Shown: positions 39,588-52,460 of the stretch, one piece after another
Numbering within the stretch: the first letter of the stretch is position 1
How the letters are laid out: every line of letters starts with the position of its first letter
Source of the DNA: Mobula hypostoma
Lineage: Eukaryota
Length of the DNA: 64,000 bases
Assembly: GCF_963921235.1 (NCBI RefSeq)
Contig: NC_086107.1
Span: 107,138,001 to 107,202,000 of the forward strand
Direction of reading: 5' to 3'
Notes under the pieces: model-generated
Seen by the model: the letters and a program-made list of their open reading frames with translations, nothing else
The model's database searches: none
Told to the model about the DNA's origin: nothing
Translations under genes and position numbers: made by a program

Positions 39588-39932
39588 CAGCACAGGAACA
39601 GGCCCTCCGACCTACATAACGTCCATCTCCTTCCATCTTCCTTACATCCATGTGCCTATCTAAACGTCTCATGAAAGCCTCTAATGTACTTGCCTCTACC
39701 ACCAGACCAGGCAGCACATTCCACGCATCTACCACTCTCTGAGTAAAAAACTTACCTCTCAAATCCCCTTTGAACCTACCCCCTCTCATCTTCAATGCAA
39801 GCCCTCTGGTATTAGACATTTCAACTCTGGGAAACAGATACTCCCTGTCTACTCTATCTCTGCCTCTCATAATCTTATAAACCTCTATCAGATCTCCCCT
39901 CAGCCTCTGGCGCTCCGGATAAAACAGCCCAA
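39588..39932 (-). mobile_element. CR1 LINE 3' fragment
   Basis: ORF DRVDREYLFPRVEMSNTRG...FFTQRVVDAWNVLP. Confidence 0.85.
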
Positions 39933-40124
39933 GTGAATATTATATTTGCTTATAAATTATGTTGTGTTCTAGTTATCCTAAAGCAAAGCATATTAGTCCC
40001 TGAAACAAAAGACAGCTTGCACAAAATTAAATTCCAGGGTTTAACTGCAGAAATCAGCTCACTCCCCTTAATTCCATCACGGTGGCCATTAAATCACATG
40101 GCAAATATCACATCAATGAGCAAC

Positions 40125-40857
40125 ATACACACACAAAATGCTGGAGGAACTCAGCAGGCCAGGCAGCACCTACGGAAGAGAGTGGACAGTTGGCGTTTCA
40201 GGCCGAGACCCTTCATCGGGACTGGAAGGGAAGAGGAGAAGCCAGACTAAGAAGGTGGGGGGTGAGGGGGGGGAGAAGAAAAAGAAGTACAAGGTGGTAG
40301 ATGATTGGTGAAACTGGGAGAGGGGGAGGGGGTGAAGTAAAGAGCAGGAAGTTGATTGGTGAAAGAGATAAAGGGCTGGAGAAGGGGGAATCTGATAGGA
40401 GAGTTCAGAGGACCATGGGAAGAAAGGGAAGGGGGGAGAAACACCAGAGAGAGGTGATGGGCAGGTAAAAAGAAAAGGTGAGAGAGGGAAACAGGAATGG
40501 GGAATGGTGAAGGAGGTGGGGCGGGAGGAAATTACTGGAAGTTTGAGGAAATCGATGCTCACGCCATCAGGTTGGAGACGACCTAGGCGGCACTTAAGGT
40601 GTTGCTCCTTCAACCTGAGTGCGGCCTCATCACGGCAGTAGGGGAGGCCGTGAACTGGTATATCGGAATGGGAATGGGAGGCAGAATTGAAACGGGTAGC
40701 CTCCGAGCGATCCTGCTTTTTGTGGCGGGCAGAGCGAAGGTGCCCGGCGAAACAGTCTCCCAATCTACGGCGGGACTCACCGATTTACAGGAGGCCACAC
40801 CGGGAACATCGGATCCAGCAGGTGACCCCAACAGACTCGCAGGTGAAGGTGTTGCTG
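40125..40857 (-). mobile_element. Penelope-like element 3' end: GIY-YIG endonuclease remnant, 3'UTR and pLTR with mutated hammerhead
   Basis: GDCFAGHLRSAR...ATRFNSASHSHSD...RLKEQHLKCRLGRLQPDGVSIDF; minus strand cagtcCCGATGAagggtctcggcctGAAACGCC at about 40192-40224. Confidence 0.85.
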
Positions 40858-43800
40858 CAATGAGTATCTCCAAACACACACACACACACACACACTAAAA
40901 ACCACAAGCAAGGATGTCAAATTTAAAACACAGCACTGACTGCTGAGGCCATTCATCCACCATCACCGGGCCACACCTTTATCTCGCAGCTCCCTCCAGG
41001 CAGGGGGCATGGGGAAGCCTGAAGTTCAACACCACCAGCTTCAAGAGCAGCTGCTTCCCTTCAACCGTTCGGTTCTTGAACCAACCACACGAGCCCGATC
41101 ACCACCTCAGCACAGCAAAACGGTGGCCACTTTGCACAACAATGGACATTTTCCTTTTAATATATTTATGCTTTCTTGCCAATATTGAGCATCTGATGCT
41201 CCGTGCCTGGAATGCTGCTGCAATCGAGAGATCAGCTTTGTTTTGTCACCGATACACCGAAACGTCAAGACACACAGTAAAGTGCGTCGTTTTGCGTCAA
41301 TGGCCAACGCCGTCCGAGAGGGCGTGTGTCGTCACACTTTGGGCACCGACCTATAGCCATGGCATATCCGCGACTCTCTGACCCTAACCATACATCTCTG
41401 GACTGTGGGAGGAAACCGGAACACCAAGAGGAAACCCACACAGTCTCAGGGAGAACATGCAAACTCCACATAGACAGTGACAGAAATTGAACTCCAAGGA
41501 GTGAGCACTTGTGCTGCAGTGTGAAGATTCTCATTGCCCCTGTGCACTCATGAACTTGCACGTAGGAAAATAAACTTGACTTTGACTTAATTATTAATAC
41601 ATTTTATATCGTCCCTTGGCACATTCAACAGCTTCTGTCACCTTTGGAACTTAACAAAGGAACACACCGTGTATGTACGACGTTTTCAGCCTCACCTCCC
41701 AAACTCTGTTTGTGCTCTTTTGATTATCCACTTGATCTATATTCTTTGTCGTGTCAGATCAGTATTCACTTTCTAAATACATGATCTCATCCAAATCTAT
41801 GCTGCCTGCATCTAAACCTGTACCAGGTTCATTTCATTCACCACATCTGTGCTCCCTGTCTGGCTATGCCCCAGTTTTAGAATTCTCAATCTTGCTTTCA
41901 GCTCTCTCTAAGGCTTCAAACTCCTCCGTCTCTGCATTCCTCACACAGAGAAGTTAAAACAAGTAAAATCTTTAACTGAGGTCATATTATCTAAGAAGTT
42001 TTTTTTAAAAAAAAATAGAAATTGGAGAGGCTTAGAAGGAAAATTCCACAATGCAGATTTTGTGCATCTGATGGTGCGAGATAAATTTAAATTAAGGATG
42101 CTCAGGAGGTAGAGTTAGAAGGCAGAGAAAAGGCTAAAGGTGAGATCAGTCATGATGGCTAAACAGCTTCGAGGGTCATGCGGCCTATTCCAATTTGAAT
42201 GTTTTACATTCTTGTGCTCTCCCGCATCAGAATATCACTGGCATATGTCTTGACATTTATTATCTTTGTGGCAGCAGTACCATGCAATACATGATAAACA
42301 TAGAGAAAAAACTGAATTACTGTACGCTTATATATGAATAATTAAATAGTTAAAGTTAGCTGAAACAGAAAAAGTAGTGAGGTGGTGTTCATGGGTTCAA
42401 TGTCCATTTAGGAATCGGATGGCAGAGGGGAAGAAGCTGTTCCTGAATCGCTGAGTGTGTGCCTTCAGACTCCCGTACCTCCTCCCTGATGGTAACAATG
42501 AGAAGAGGGCAGGCCCAGGGTGGTGGGGGTTGTTCATGACGGAAGCTGCTTTTCTGAAAATGGTCTTGGATACTACAGAGGCTAGTACCTATGATGGAGG
42601 GCACTCATTTCATGTGATGGATTTACTTAAGGCTCAGTATTGGTGGCTGTTCCTCAGGCCCCACATTCTCATCGCTTTCCGGATGCTCCCTTTAAATCCT
42701 CTGGCTTTGCCCGAGCCTTTAGGTCACCTGCCCCAGTACCTTCCTTCATACATCAACCCTAGTACGACCCCAGCATGAAGCATTTCCGGAAGTTCCACCG
42801 TATCAGTGGTGCTTCTTATAAATGCAAATTGCTATTGCCAACTTCATCAGCCAAGCTCCTTCTGCTTATTAAAGACAGTTCGTCGAATTTTTAAATGAAA
42901 ATGGTGGTCTCAGCCATGGCCAAGATCACGGCAGTTCAAAGAAAGCAGAACTGAAGCACTCACTCCACTGGTCTGTAAATGTCAGTGAGTTTACTCTCTC
43001 TCCCAAGACAACGACTGGACAGTATTTTGCATACAGGAGGCATTGTAAAGGTCAGACAAACTGAAGGACAGCTTTCTATAATACCATAACCTCAGGCTGG
43101 CTTACAGCATTTCCAGAAATTAACATTCTGAAGTATTATGAGTAAACCAAAACTGAGCATATCTCCCCCTTATTTAAGTTCATCCCGCATTTGAATGCAA
43201 AACCCCAGAACAGTACTGAGGGAGGGGCTCCACGATCAGAGATACTGTCTTTTAGAGGGGATGCTAATCAAAGCTCAAAGTTTGAAGTAAATTTATTATC
43301 TAAGAACATTTATGTCACCGTTTACAACCCTCAGATTTATTTTATTGCGGGCATCGACAGTAAATACTGCATAGATTTGGATGAGATCATGTATTTAGAA
43401 GGTGAATACTGATCTGGCGACGAAAAATATCGAGGGGGTAATCAAAAGGGGAAAGCTGGGAGGCATGGTAGCATTGTGGTTAGCACAACCATTCACAGTA
43501 CAGACGACCCAGGTTCGATTCCCGCCACTGCCTGTAAGGGGTTTGTACGTTCTCCCTGTGACCGCGTGGGTTTCCGCCCACAGTTCAGAGACGTACTAAT
43601 AATTGGTCATTGCAACTCGTCCGATGATTGTAATAACAAATAAAGTTCCTCTCGGGTCTCACTGGCGCACTGGGCGGCAACCTTGCCGTTTTACGGGGCT
43701 GAGTCACCAGCTCGACGCTCAACCCAGCACGGATGGGCCGTGTGGATTCGGACCCAGGCCACTCGCCCCGAAGCCCATTACGGATACCACTACACCACCG

Positions 43801-44067
43801 GCCCACGATTAGTGTCGGATTAAAACTGGGGATTTGCTGAGAGGCCTGAAGGGCCCATTCCACACTGTACCTCAATAACTAATAAATACATAGAAAGAAA
43901 CGCAATAGAATCAATGAAAGACCGCACACAACAAGACAGGCAAACAACCAGTGTGCAAAAGACAACACACTGCAAATACAAAACAATAAAAAAAAGCAAT
44001 AACTATTCAGAACATGAGATGACAAGCCCTTGAAAATGAGTCTGTAGGTTGTGGGAAGTCCGTACAG

Positions 44068-44375
44068 AGTATGGCAGTGTAGTGGTTAAGGTGTTGGGCT
44101 GGCAGCCAGAATTCTGCACCACTGGCTCAGAGATAGGATTCGAATCCTGCCAGGTCAGCTGGGGAACTAAATTAAAAAAACGGAATTTTAAGAAGAGAAC
44201 GGATGTTCTTCGTGGTAGGAAATCTGCGGTCCTGGCCTGGCCTAAATGTGACTGCAAACCCACTGGGGCAGTGTATGGGAATATATAGGAACTGAGTGAC
44301 TGCAAACTCACTGGGGCAGTGTATGGGAATATATAGGAACTGAGTAGGTGCAGTTAGGGACGGACTTGCCATGCT
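44068..44375 (+). mobile_element. tRNA-derived SINE (SacSINE-like) with an internal 48-bp tandem duplication (44248-44343)
   Basis: A box ggcagtgtagtgg and B box ggattcgaatcc; gtgactgcaaac(c/t)cactggggcagtgtatgggaatatataggaactga occurs twice. Confidence 0.65.
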
Positions 44376-46789
44376 TATGTTGGGAGGAAGGGAGAGGGGC
44401 ACTTCTTCCTGGTCTCCTGGCCACTATTTACCTCTCATCCAATATTAGGGAAAAGAAGCCAGATATTTAGTTCTGATTAAGGTTTACGGGTCTGAAACAT
44501 TAACTGTTTTGCATTTCTGCGTATGCCACCTGGCCTACTTTATCCAGTTTTTAAAAAATTTATAGGCTATTTCTGGGATCTTTCTATGTACCAGTGAGCT
44601 GAAACACTCCCTGCATTACACCAGTCCGAAAGCTGTTCAGCAGGTGTAAAGCACATTTGGGAGCAGACTCGATCGGCCTAATTCTGCTCCTGTATCTAAT
44701 GGTCTTATGGTCCTGTGGTACCGTGTAGGACGCCTCTCACCTGGGACAAATATTCAGGCAAAAAGGCCTCTTGAGATTCACGGTGGCGATGTTGCTGGCA
44801 ACAAGTTTTGACGTAGCATGCTCCTTGTTCTGGAGATAAAACAAGTGGTCCATCACAGGCAAAGCCTCCTCACACCACTGAGCAGATTTACTAGGAGCAC
44901 TGGCACAAGAAAACAGCAGCCATCATTAAGGACTCCCGTCATCCAGGCCACGCTCTCTTCTCTCTTCCACCACTAAGTAGGAGGCACAGAAGCCTCAGGT
45001 CCCACACCACACCACCAGATTCAGGAACAGCTATTACCCTACAGCCATCAGGCTCCTGACAGCATGGATAACTTCACTCATCTCAACACTGAACTGACTC
45101 CACAACATGTGAACTCACTCTCAAGGACTTTACCACTCGGCATTTAATTCCTTTTCCTTAATTATCTGAACTTTGAACTTTGACTCCACAAGTACAGTAG
45201 GGCTTTGGATCTGTTTGTGGAGCTGGTGGACATATTGTCGGTGGCAAGTTCAGCTGGGGCCTCTGTGCCACCTGCAAAGGAAATTGGCGAGTGAGCCCTA
45301 CGGAAAGGCCAGTGACGAGATATTTGGTCCCTGCATTAGTTGTGTTCCTTCCATCTGCTTAATGGGGTGGTGGCTGCTGTTTTCACAAAACGGGATGACA
45401 TATTTTTTAGATGCTCTTGCGTGTGGGGAGGTTGGTGTGGTCTGTGACTCCGCCATCTCATGAAGGATGCTGGGTCTGCGGTGAATATTGGCCATTTGTT
45501 TGGAACATTTGCAGAGGCCCTGTTACTGTCAACAAGGTGGCAATTAGCTGCATATTTTCTTTAAAGATACAGCACTGTAACATGCCCGCTCTGCCCAATT
45601 ACCAATGAAGCTACTAACCTGCTTGTTTTTGGAATGTGGGAGGAAACAGGAGCACCCAGAGGAAACTCACACAGTCAGGGGGAGGATGTACAAACTTTAT
45701 TGACAGCAGCAGGAACTAAACCTGGGCCGCTGGAGCTGTCATAGTGTTACGCTGACTGCTATGCATTCATACTGTCCCAGTGACCTGTGATATATGTAGC
45801 ATCTGGAGGATCATGGGAGAGATCGGGCAATACACAGAGCAGCACTGTGGTACGGAGCGTTCAAAGTGAACTCCCCCATGACATCCCCAAGTCGCTCCAG
45901 GAGGTTTCACTTGGGAGCCAGTTTTATTGGATGAGGCCAGAGTGCGGGTGGCGTCTCTGGCATCCAATGTGAGGTTTAAGAACAGGCCTTCTTCTGCAAA
46001 GGAAGACAACACTGTCCCCCACTTGCCACCTCATACTCCGCTCCCACCCCCCACCTTCTTATTCTGCCTTCGTCCCTGTTCCTTTCCAGTCCTGATGAGG
46101 AGTCTCAGCCCAAAACTCAGACTGTTCATTCCTTTCCATAAATGCTGCCTAGCTTGCCGTGTTTCTCAGACATCTTGGGCTTGTTTCCCCCCCTCCCCAA
46201 CCAACCATCACTACTTTATCATTTCCTGTCAGTCACCTTATGTACAGACACTCCAGTGCCTAGCATCACTTTATGGACATGCAATCCATCTATGTATGTA
46301 AGCTATCTTAAGTATTTTTATTTATTGTGTTTTTTTATTATTATTGAGTTCTTTATCATATCGTGTTTTTTTTTGGGCTGCATTGGATCCAGAATAACAA
46401 TTATTTTGTTCTCCTTTACACTAGTGCACTGAAAATGGTATTAAACAATCTTGAATCTGCAGAATCTCTTGTGTTTACGACTTCCTCCTCCTAGCTCTTG
46501 CTGTTCAGTGGAACATTAAATTCACCAGCTTGGTTTGGATTGGGCTGGAGAAGCCGAAAGTAGTAATCACATCCCTGTAGGTGTGTGATAAGGCAGTGTC
46601 GTGGTCACTGGATTAGCAGTCTGGTATCAGGAATGTTTATCCAGAGTCAAGAGTTTAAATCTCGCAATGGGAAATGGGGAACCAGATTGTTAAAGAAAAA
46701 TCTAGCCTTCGGCACAGTAGCATAACACTATCACGGTGTCAGTTACCTGGGTTCAATTCTGCTGCTGTCTGTATGGGTTTTGAAAGCTC

Positions 46790-47160
46790 ACAAGAGAAAA
46801 TCTGCAGATGCTCGAAATCTAGAGCAACACACAGAAAATGCTGGAGGCACTCAGCAGGCCAGGCAGCATCAATTGAAAAGAGTGAACAGTCGACGTTTCA
46901 GGCCGAGACCCTTCTTCGGGACCAGTTTGAGTTCCTCCAGCATTTTGTGTGTGTGTGTGTGTCGTTTTGGATTTCCAGCATCTGCAGACTTTCTTGTGTT
47001 TGAAATATGTAAATACGTAAAGCAGATCTCAATAACTGTATTTGGGGAAACTGCCCCCTTCCTTTTGCACCCTGAGGAATGGCCTTGGCCTGAAACATCG
47101 ACTGTTTATTCCCTGTATAGCTGTTGCATGACCCGCTGAGTTCCCCCTGAATTTTGTGTC
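46790..47160. mobile_element. Cluster of Penelope pLTR fragments including an inverted pair (46790-47000)
   Basis: tctgcagatgct...aaaatgctggagg facing cctccagcatttt...agcatctgcaga. Confidence 0.8.
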
Positions 47161-47439
47161 TGCTTCTGCACAAAAGAAACCCACATCCCGTTCACTCACG
47201 GCTCTCTGGGAGGGCCCTCTGCTGTCCTTACCCAAGACGACTTATACGTGACTTCACACCTGGCATTGTGCTCGAATCTTTATTGCCTTGGAAAGGATGG
47301 CATCTACAGACAAATGGCTTTAACCAAAAGGTGCTCATGGGCTTCCTGTTGCTGGTGCAAAGCCATTGATATTGATGAGCTACTGAGGCCCTAGTGTGCA
47401 CCATGTCCATTGCACAGAAACAACCTGGTGGCAGGAACA

Positions 47440-47835
47440 TCCATATCTCTAACTTCTGCTAATCTTTCATTCCATTCCCCATTCTGGCTCCCCTCCTTTC
47501 TTCTCCTCACCTCCCTCTAGTGCCCCTCCTCCTTCCCTTTCTCCCAAGGTCCACTCTCCACTCCTACCAGATTCCTTCTTCAGCCCCTTTACCTCTCCTA
47601 CCTATCACAGCATAGCTTCTCACTTCAAGCACCCTCCGCCACCCACCCACCTTCCCCGGCCTCACCTATCACCTTCCAGCGTGTACACCTTCTCCACCTT
47701 CTACCTTCTTATTCTGGTTTCTTCCCCCTTCTTTCTTCATCCTGCTGAAGGGTCTCAGACCAAAACGTTGACTGTTTATTCCCCTCCATAGATTCTGCCT
47801 GAGCTGCTGAGTTCCTCCAGCATTTTATGTGTATC
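47440..47835 (+). mobile_element. Penelope 3'UTR plus pLTR; a similar minus-strand fragment lies at 50815-51300
   Basis: Homologous to 730-960 and to the reverse complement of 40130-40560. Confidence 0.75.
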
Positions 47836-49594
47836 GAGCTGGAAAATGGCAGGTGCAAGAATTAACCCCTGTGTGAGGTCTCTATTCATCGTTTGTACTC
47901 AGGTGGTCTTGTTGCCATTTTAAGACCAAAAGATATAGGAGCACAATTAACCCATTTGGCCCATCGAGTATACATAAAGACTCGGCCTCCACAGATGCCT
48001 GTGGCAAAGAATTCACAAATCTCTGGCTAAAGAAATTCCTCCTCATCTCCGTTCCATGGTTGTGTCTTAGATACATTTTTCGCTAAGGGGATAATAATCC
48101 TATGAGTTCTACGGTACTCGACAATCTGTGAGAGAGTCATCCGTTGACCATTGTCTGGCAGTGCCACGTATCTCTAGCATCTCTGTGAGGGCACTTGCAT
48201 TTTCCACTACCCCTGAAGACCTGTCTTACTGTTAGTACTGGGCGCAAGGATCTGACCAGAGCAACCTAGCAACCTCTTCCCTCTCCAGCTCATTTGCGAT
48301 GGGTCCTTGAGACTGATTTCTCTGTTTAAGCAACTGTTGAAGCACCTTGTGGGCTTTTGGAGGCAACTTTCAAGATTGCTCCAATGTGCTTGTCCTATAC
48401 TGCGACAATGAGGAGGCATGATTTTAAGATGATTGGAGAAATGTATAGGGGAGATGTCAGACGATTTTTTTTATACAGATAATGATGGACGTGTAGAACG
48501 CCCTGCCAGGGGTGGTAGTTGAGACAGATACATTAGGGACGTTTAACAGGCACTAGGCATGTGGATGATAGAAAGATAGAGGGTTATGTGGAAGAGAAGA
48601 GTTAGGTTAATCTTGGAGAAGGTTAAAGGGCTGGCACAACATCGTGGGCCGAAGTGCCTGTACTGAGCAGTAGTGTTCTATGTTCTAATATTGAAACTAT
48701 GAAGTAGGAGCAATTCTTTACCTAATCTTTCAGAGCCTCTTCACAGATAAAAACACAGGATGCCGCCACGTAGAATTCAGACACAACGCAATGCAGTAAG
48801 GTGGACTGGGGAGTCGTGACAGGGCTCGGGCACCCCGCGCCTGCTGGTTACTATGTGACGTTGGGCAGAAACCCAGAGATATGGGAATGAGAGAAGTGAG
48901 TGTTGGGAAGGAGAAGTATCGATGGACGCCCGAGGAGCCACCAAGGCAGGGGAGAATAATGGCTAATGTGAGGCGTGGAGCTTTCCAAATGTGGAAATGA
49001 TCTGCAGTTAGTGTTGGAACCACAGGCATTTCCCACAACAGTGAGCAGCTGTGCTGATCTCCCAAATAGATGGGAGAACTATGAGGATCTCCTGTTACGA
49101 CAGTGGGTTGGGATGTGTGTGGGGGTCAACAGTGATATCTGGAAGCACTGGGAAGCCCAAGGGGAATTTCTCATTGTGGGGGAGGTGGAGATGGAGATGT
49201 GAGGAGAATAAAACTGGGGAATGCCTACTAGGATGGGCGAGTCTCCAAACACCTCCTTCAGGGATGAAGGGGATCATTGTAGGGATAAGAGATCCGTGGA
49301 CTTCCCAATATCAGGTGGAGGGGTTGGTTATTGCTGGACTTCTTTTTCAGGATGAAGGAACTCTGGAGGTTTCCTGCAGGTATTAGAAGCTCTGAGGATT
49401 CCCAGGGATCAGGGAGGCATTGGGACTACCTGCTGGATTGAGGATACCATGTGAACCTCTGGCAGGGATATGAGGTTGGTGGCAATCTCCTGTTGGGATA
49501 AGGGAGCCATGGCACTCTCTTAGATAGGTGGCAATGGATGATCGTCCAAGTCTCATTCACTTGGGGAAAAGAAATCTTCCCTTAACTTAGAGTC

Positions 49595-50112
49595 ACAGAA
49601 CATTACAGCACAGAAAAAGGCCCTTCGGCCCATCTAGTCCATGACAAACTATATTTCTGCCTACTCCCATCGACCTGCGTCTGGACCATAGCCCTCCATA
49701 CCCCTCCTATCCATTTGTACTTGTCCAACCTTCTCTTAAATGTTAAAATCAAACCTGGATTCACCACTTCTGCTAGCAGCTTGTTCCACACTTTCACAAA
49801 CCTCTGAGTGAAGAATTTATCCCTTAAACATTTCACCTTTCACACTTAACCCATAACTCCCAGTTTTATTTTCACCCAACATCAGTGATAAAAGCTTGCT
49901 TTTAGCCGATCTATACCACTCCTAATTTTGTCGACCTTTATCAAATCTCTCCTCATTCTCCTACACTCCAAGGAATAAAGTCCTAACTTATTCAGACTTT
50001 CCCAATAACTCCAATCCTCAAGTCCTGGCAACATCCTTGTAAAATTTCTCTGTACTCTTTCAACCTTATTGCTGTCTTTCCTGGAGTTAGGTGACCAGAA
50101 CTTAAACAACAT
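49595..50112 (-). mobile_element. CR1 LINE 3' fragment
   Basis: FWSPNSRKDSNKVERVQRNFTRMLPGLE; KFFTQRFVKVWNKL. Confidence 0.85.
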
Positions 50113-51759
50113 TTGCCAATGTTGAAGCAATTTTCCTTAATGCTGGAGTTCTGAAACGTTATTTGGTTCTGTGGCTGATTATTGGGAAAGGGGTTACTAC
50201 GAGAGCTCCATAAAATAGGAGTGGTGCTGCAGAACTTCTGGGCATCTCCCGTCACCCCCAGCGATGATATCAACAGAGCCATACTTAATGGTGTCATGTT
50301 AAAGAGAGGTTTCAACCTTAGAGGTCATCTCTCCAGCTGCCTGTTGCCTAGAGAGTTAAGGCAGGAAGAGCTGCATTAAATGCATGACTGCTTGACATCC
50401 CCCAAGTGCACAGATATCTCCCTTGGTAACATTTAGATTTATCCAAAACAAAGAATTCTGCACATCTCCTGTATAATTTTTAGCCGACTAATTTATATTC
50501 AAACACAAGCCCTGCTCTCGCAGCATCTCCAGAAACATATTTCTTTTTCCGCCAAATGCAGCCATCTTATGGCAATATTACAGACAGCGTCGGCTTCATG
50601 CTCCTCACATCACAGCCGTCAATAGCCAAATCATGGAAACCCAACTAATCACAAAAGATCATGTCATAGCTGCTTGTATCAACATGCAATTGTTATTTTG
50701 GGTGTTGCATTCATCGGCTGAGGGATGCTTGCCTTGGGAGTGGGATGGGTGAGACTTTGGATGGTCCATATTTCACGGGTTAAGTGCAAAGCAAAGCTCC
50801 CCCATGTTAAGTGACACGCAGAAAATGCAGGGGGAACTCAGCAGGTCAGGCAGCATCTACGGGAAGGAATAAAAAGTCGACACGTAGGGGAGAGAAAGGG
50901 AGAAGAAGCCAGAATAAGAAGCTAGGAGGAGGGAAGGGCGTGCAGTCTGGAAGGTGATAGGTGAAGCCAGCTGAGGGGGAAGGTAAGGGGATGGGAGGGG
51001 AATGAACGGAGAAGCTGGGAGGTGATTGGTGGAATGAGAATGAGGCGGGGGGAGGGGAAGGAGTACAGGCTCGAAGGTGATAGGTGAAGCCGGGTGAGGC
51101 TGGCGGAAGGGCGCTGTGGATGAAGTGAGAAGCTGGGAAGTGATAGGTGGAAAAGATAAAGGGCTGAAGAAGAAAGGGCACCAGAGGGAGGCAATAGGCA
51201 GTAAGGAGAAGAGAATAGTTGAGAAAGGAGCCAGAAGGGGAAATGCAGAAGAGAGAAGGGTCAGGAAGGAAGAAATTACCGAAAGCTAGAAAAATCAATA
51301 TCTATATTGTATCATGCTCCCTCAGAACAATGTTAGATATCAGGTTAAACTCCTTCTTTGTTGTGATGTGATATATTCCCAGGACTGGCTCAGCCTGGGT
51401 TAGGCACAAACTAACATTTCCCCTATATATTGGTTTCAAATACTCCCATGGCAGGGACAGTTGGGGCCAGACAAAAAAATTGATGCTCCTGTTTACACTG
51501 TCCCACCAGACAGTCACAAGCAGTGCCAACATGGTCTAAACACAAAGTAACACACAGAAATGCTGGAAGAACTCAGGCAACGTCGATGGAAGGGAGCAAA
51601 TTGTGGGCATTTTGGCTGGGACCATTCAGCAGGGCTCAACCTAAAAAATAAGGCTGTTTATCCCCCTCCACAGAAGCTGCCTGACCTGCTGAGTTCCTCC
51701 GTCATTTTCTGCACGTTGCTCAAGATTTCCAGCATCTGCAGAATCTCTCGAGTTAACGG

Positions 51760-52460
51760 CTAAACACAAAATGAAGCTCCCTCTATACTGTTCTATCAAC
51801 CAGTGCTGGGAAGAGACGGTGTGTTGTTTTATTAGAAGGTAAAGCACCCGCCCTCTACACAGTTCGATCAAACACTCACAGCGAAAGACAGCAGAGATTA
51901 GATACAGAGCAGGCCCCCATTTACACTGCCCTATCACATACTGCCAGAGTAGAGGGAGTGTGGAATAGATATAGAGTAATGCTCCCTCTACAGTATCCTA
52001 TCACATATCGTCAGAGTAGAGGGAGTGTGCTTCGGATAGAGAGTAGTACTCTCTCTACCCTATCCTATCACATACTCCCAGAGTATGGGCAGTGTGGACT
52101 AGATGCAGAGTAATATTTTCTCTACAGTATTCCGTCACATTTTGCCAGAGTATAGGGAGTGTGCATTAGGTACAGGGTAATGATCCCTATAGTTTATCCT
52201 ATCACATAATACCAGGGCAGAGTGTGGGGATTAGATACAAAGTAATGCTCTCTCTAGTTTAGCCAATCACATACTCCAGACTAGAGGGAGTGTGGATTAC
52301 ATGCAGAGTAATGCTCCCTCTACAGTATCCTATCACATATTGTCAGAGTAGAGGGAGTATGCATTAGATACAAAGTACAGATCACTCTACCCTATCCTAT
52401 CCACATATAGCCAGGACAGAGAGTGAGGATTAGAGAGCGAGTAATGCCCCATTTATTGTA
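51760..52460 (+). repeat. Roughly 67-bp tandem minisatellite (at least 8 units)
   Basis: cctatcaca-like anchor at 51930, 51997, 52064, 52131, 52198, 52263, 52329 and 52396. Confidence 0.92.

Noticed and set aside
40190..46925. Selective inactivation of sense-strand hammerheads (both show CCGA instead of CTGA)
   Set aside because: Most antisense copies in the intron also have core mutations; too few copies to claim a strand bias.
48985..49010. Possible CACNG2 exon 2 (DHF motif on the minus strand)
   Set aside because: Flanking residues (TADHFHIW) do not match KQIDHFPED.
51930..52460. CRISPR-like periodicity
   Set aside because: The whole 67-bp unit is repeated with no unique spacers; eukaryotic context and no cas genes.
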